NCBI GenBank assembly: GCA_950097015.1
Contig: CATNEN010000001.1
Span: forward strand, 26,164,001 to 26,228,000
Length of the DNA: 64,000 nt
Origin: Macrostomum hystrix
Lineage: Eukaryota; Animalia; Platyhelminthes
Direction: 5' to 3'
The translations under genes and the position numbers were made by a program. Each line of letters begins with the position of its first letter. Within the stretch, counting starts at the first letter, position 1. Shown here piece after piece: positions 63,043-64,000 of this stretch. Below the pieces are notes generated by a model that saw only the letters and a list, made by a program, of their open reading frames with translations, had not been told where the DNA came from and did not search any database.

Positions 63043-63246
63043 TCAGAAATTGGAGCCTTCGGGAGGCTGCGACAGCTTGGCATTCTCTCTGGCGGTCATC
63101 TGGCGCCGCAGTTCCTGCAGCACAGTCTTGATGTGGTAGCCTCGGCGCCACTGGGCTAGGCAGGGCAGCTTCCTGGCGTCCACCAGGCCAGAGGTCTCGT
63201 GCACGCCGTTCATCTTGATGCGGCTGATGAAGCGCACACTGGGAGC
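63043..63246 (-). CDS. UBE2V: Ubiquitin-conjugating enzyme E2 variant (UEV1/MMS2), last exon; upstream exons lie beyond the window
   Basis: APSVRFISRIKMNGV..GLVD..LAQW..IKTVLQELRRQM..ENAKLSQPPEGSNF* matches the UBE2V C-terminus; acceptor GTCCAG at 63247. Confidence 0.92.
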   Translation of the reverse strand, partial: APSVRFISRIKMNGVHETSGLVDARKLPCLAQWRRGYHIKTVLQELRRQMTARENAKLSQPPEGSNF

Positions 63247-63264
63247 CTGGACGAAATGGGGAAC

Positions 63265-64000
63265 CATTAGGATATGGGCGATCCATTGAGTGATCAGATT
63301 GGGATATGGGCGATCCATTGAGTGATCAGATTGGGATATGGGCGATCCATTGATCAGGTAGGGATATGGGCGATCCATTGAGGGATCAGGTAGGGATATG
63401 GGCGATCCATTGAGGGATCAGATTGGGATATGGGCGATCCATTGATCAGGTAGGGATATGGGCGATCCATTGAGGGATCAGATTGGGATATGGGCGATCC
63501 ATTGATCAGGTAGGGATATGGGCGATCCATTGAGGGATCAGGTAGGGATATGGGCAATCCATTGAGGGATCAGATTGGGATATGGGCGATCCATTGATCA
63601 GGTAGGGATATGGGCGATCCATTGAGGGATCAGGTAGGGATATGGGCAATCCATTGAGGGATCAGATTGGGATATGGGCGATCCATTGAGTGATCAGGTA
63701 GGGATATTGGCGATCCATTGAGGGATCAGGTAGGGATATGGGCGATCCATTGAGTGATCAGGTAGGGATATTGGCGATCCATTGAGGGATCAGGTAGGGA
63801 AATGGGCGATCCATTGAGTGATCAGGTAGGGATATTGGCGATCCATTGAGTGATCAGGTAGGGATATGGGCAATCCATTGAGGGATCAGGTAGGGATATG
63901 GGCGATCCATTGAGGGATCAGGTAGGGATATGGGCGATCCATTGAGGGATCAGATTGGGATATGGGCGATCCATTGAGGGATCAGATTGGGATATGGGCG
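63265..64000. repeat. Minisatellite, ~28-32-bp unit GGGATATGGGCGATCCATTGAGGGATCAGGTA (UBE2V intron)
   Basis: Tandem copies running off the end of the window. Confidence 0.96.

Overview
Eukaryotic (animal) genomic DNA, not prokaryotic: it has spliced genes with GT-AG introns, GC-rich exons and AT-rich intergenic DNA. About 30 different minisatellite arrays (5-37 bp units) fill introns, 3' UTRs and intergenic gaps. This style is consistent with a free-living flatworm such as Macrostomum, which is an inference only. Genes reconstructed by hand: an ankyrin-repeat gene with a probable 1-bp frameshift (-); a 14-exon MED23 of ~1371 aa (+); a candidate 3-exon, 81-aa single-pass membrane microprotein absent from the ORF track (+); TENT5/FAM46 (-); a C14orf93/DUF4616-like gene (+); an ACP7-type purple acid phosphatase (+); and the last exon of UBE2V (-). 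Mobile DNA: an internally deleted Ty3/Gypsy element, a solo LTR of the same family nested in an older Gypsy RT relic, a mariner-type MITE, hairpin/palindromic elements and a tRNA-derived SINE. Most long ORFs in the track are read-throughs of tandem repeats. The most notable signals concern how the arrays arise and what they may do: (i) a 67-bp concatemeric templated insertion that looks like a newborn minisatellite copied from a 47-bp microhomology-flanked unit; (ii) two arrays of one family in inverted orientation within a single intron; (iii) one private array per intron; (iv) an array ORF whose repeat peptide equals a 9-aa stretch of the nearby TENT5, with only synonymous differences.
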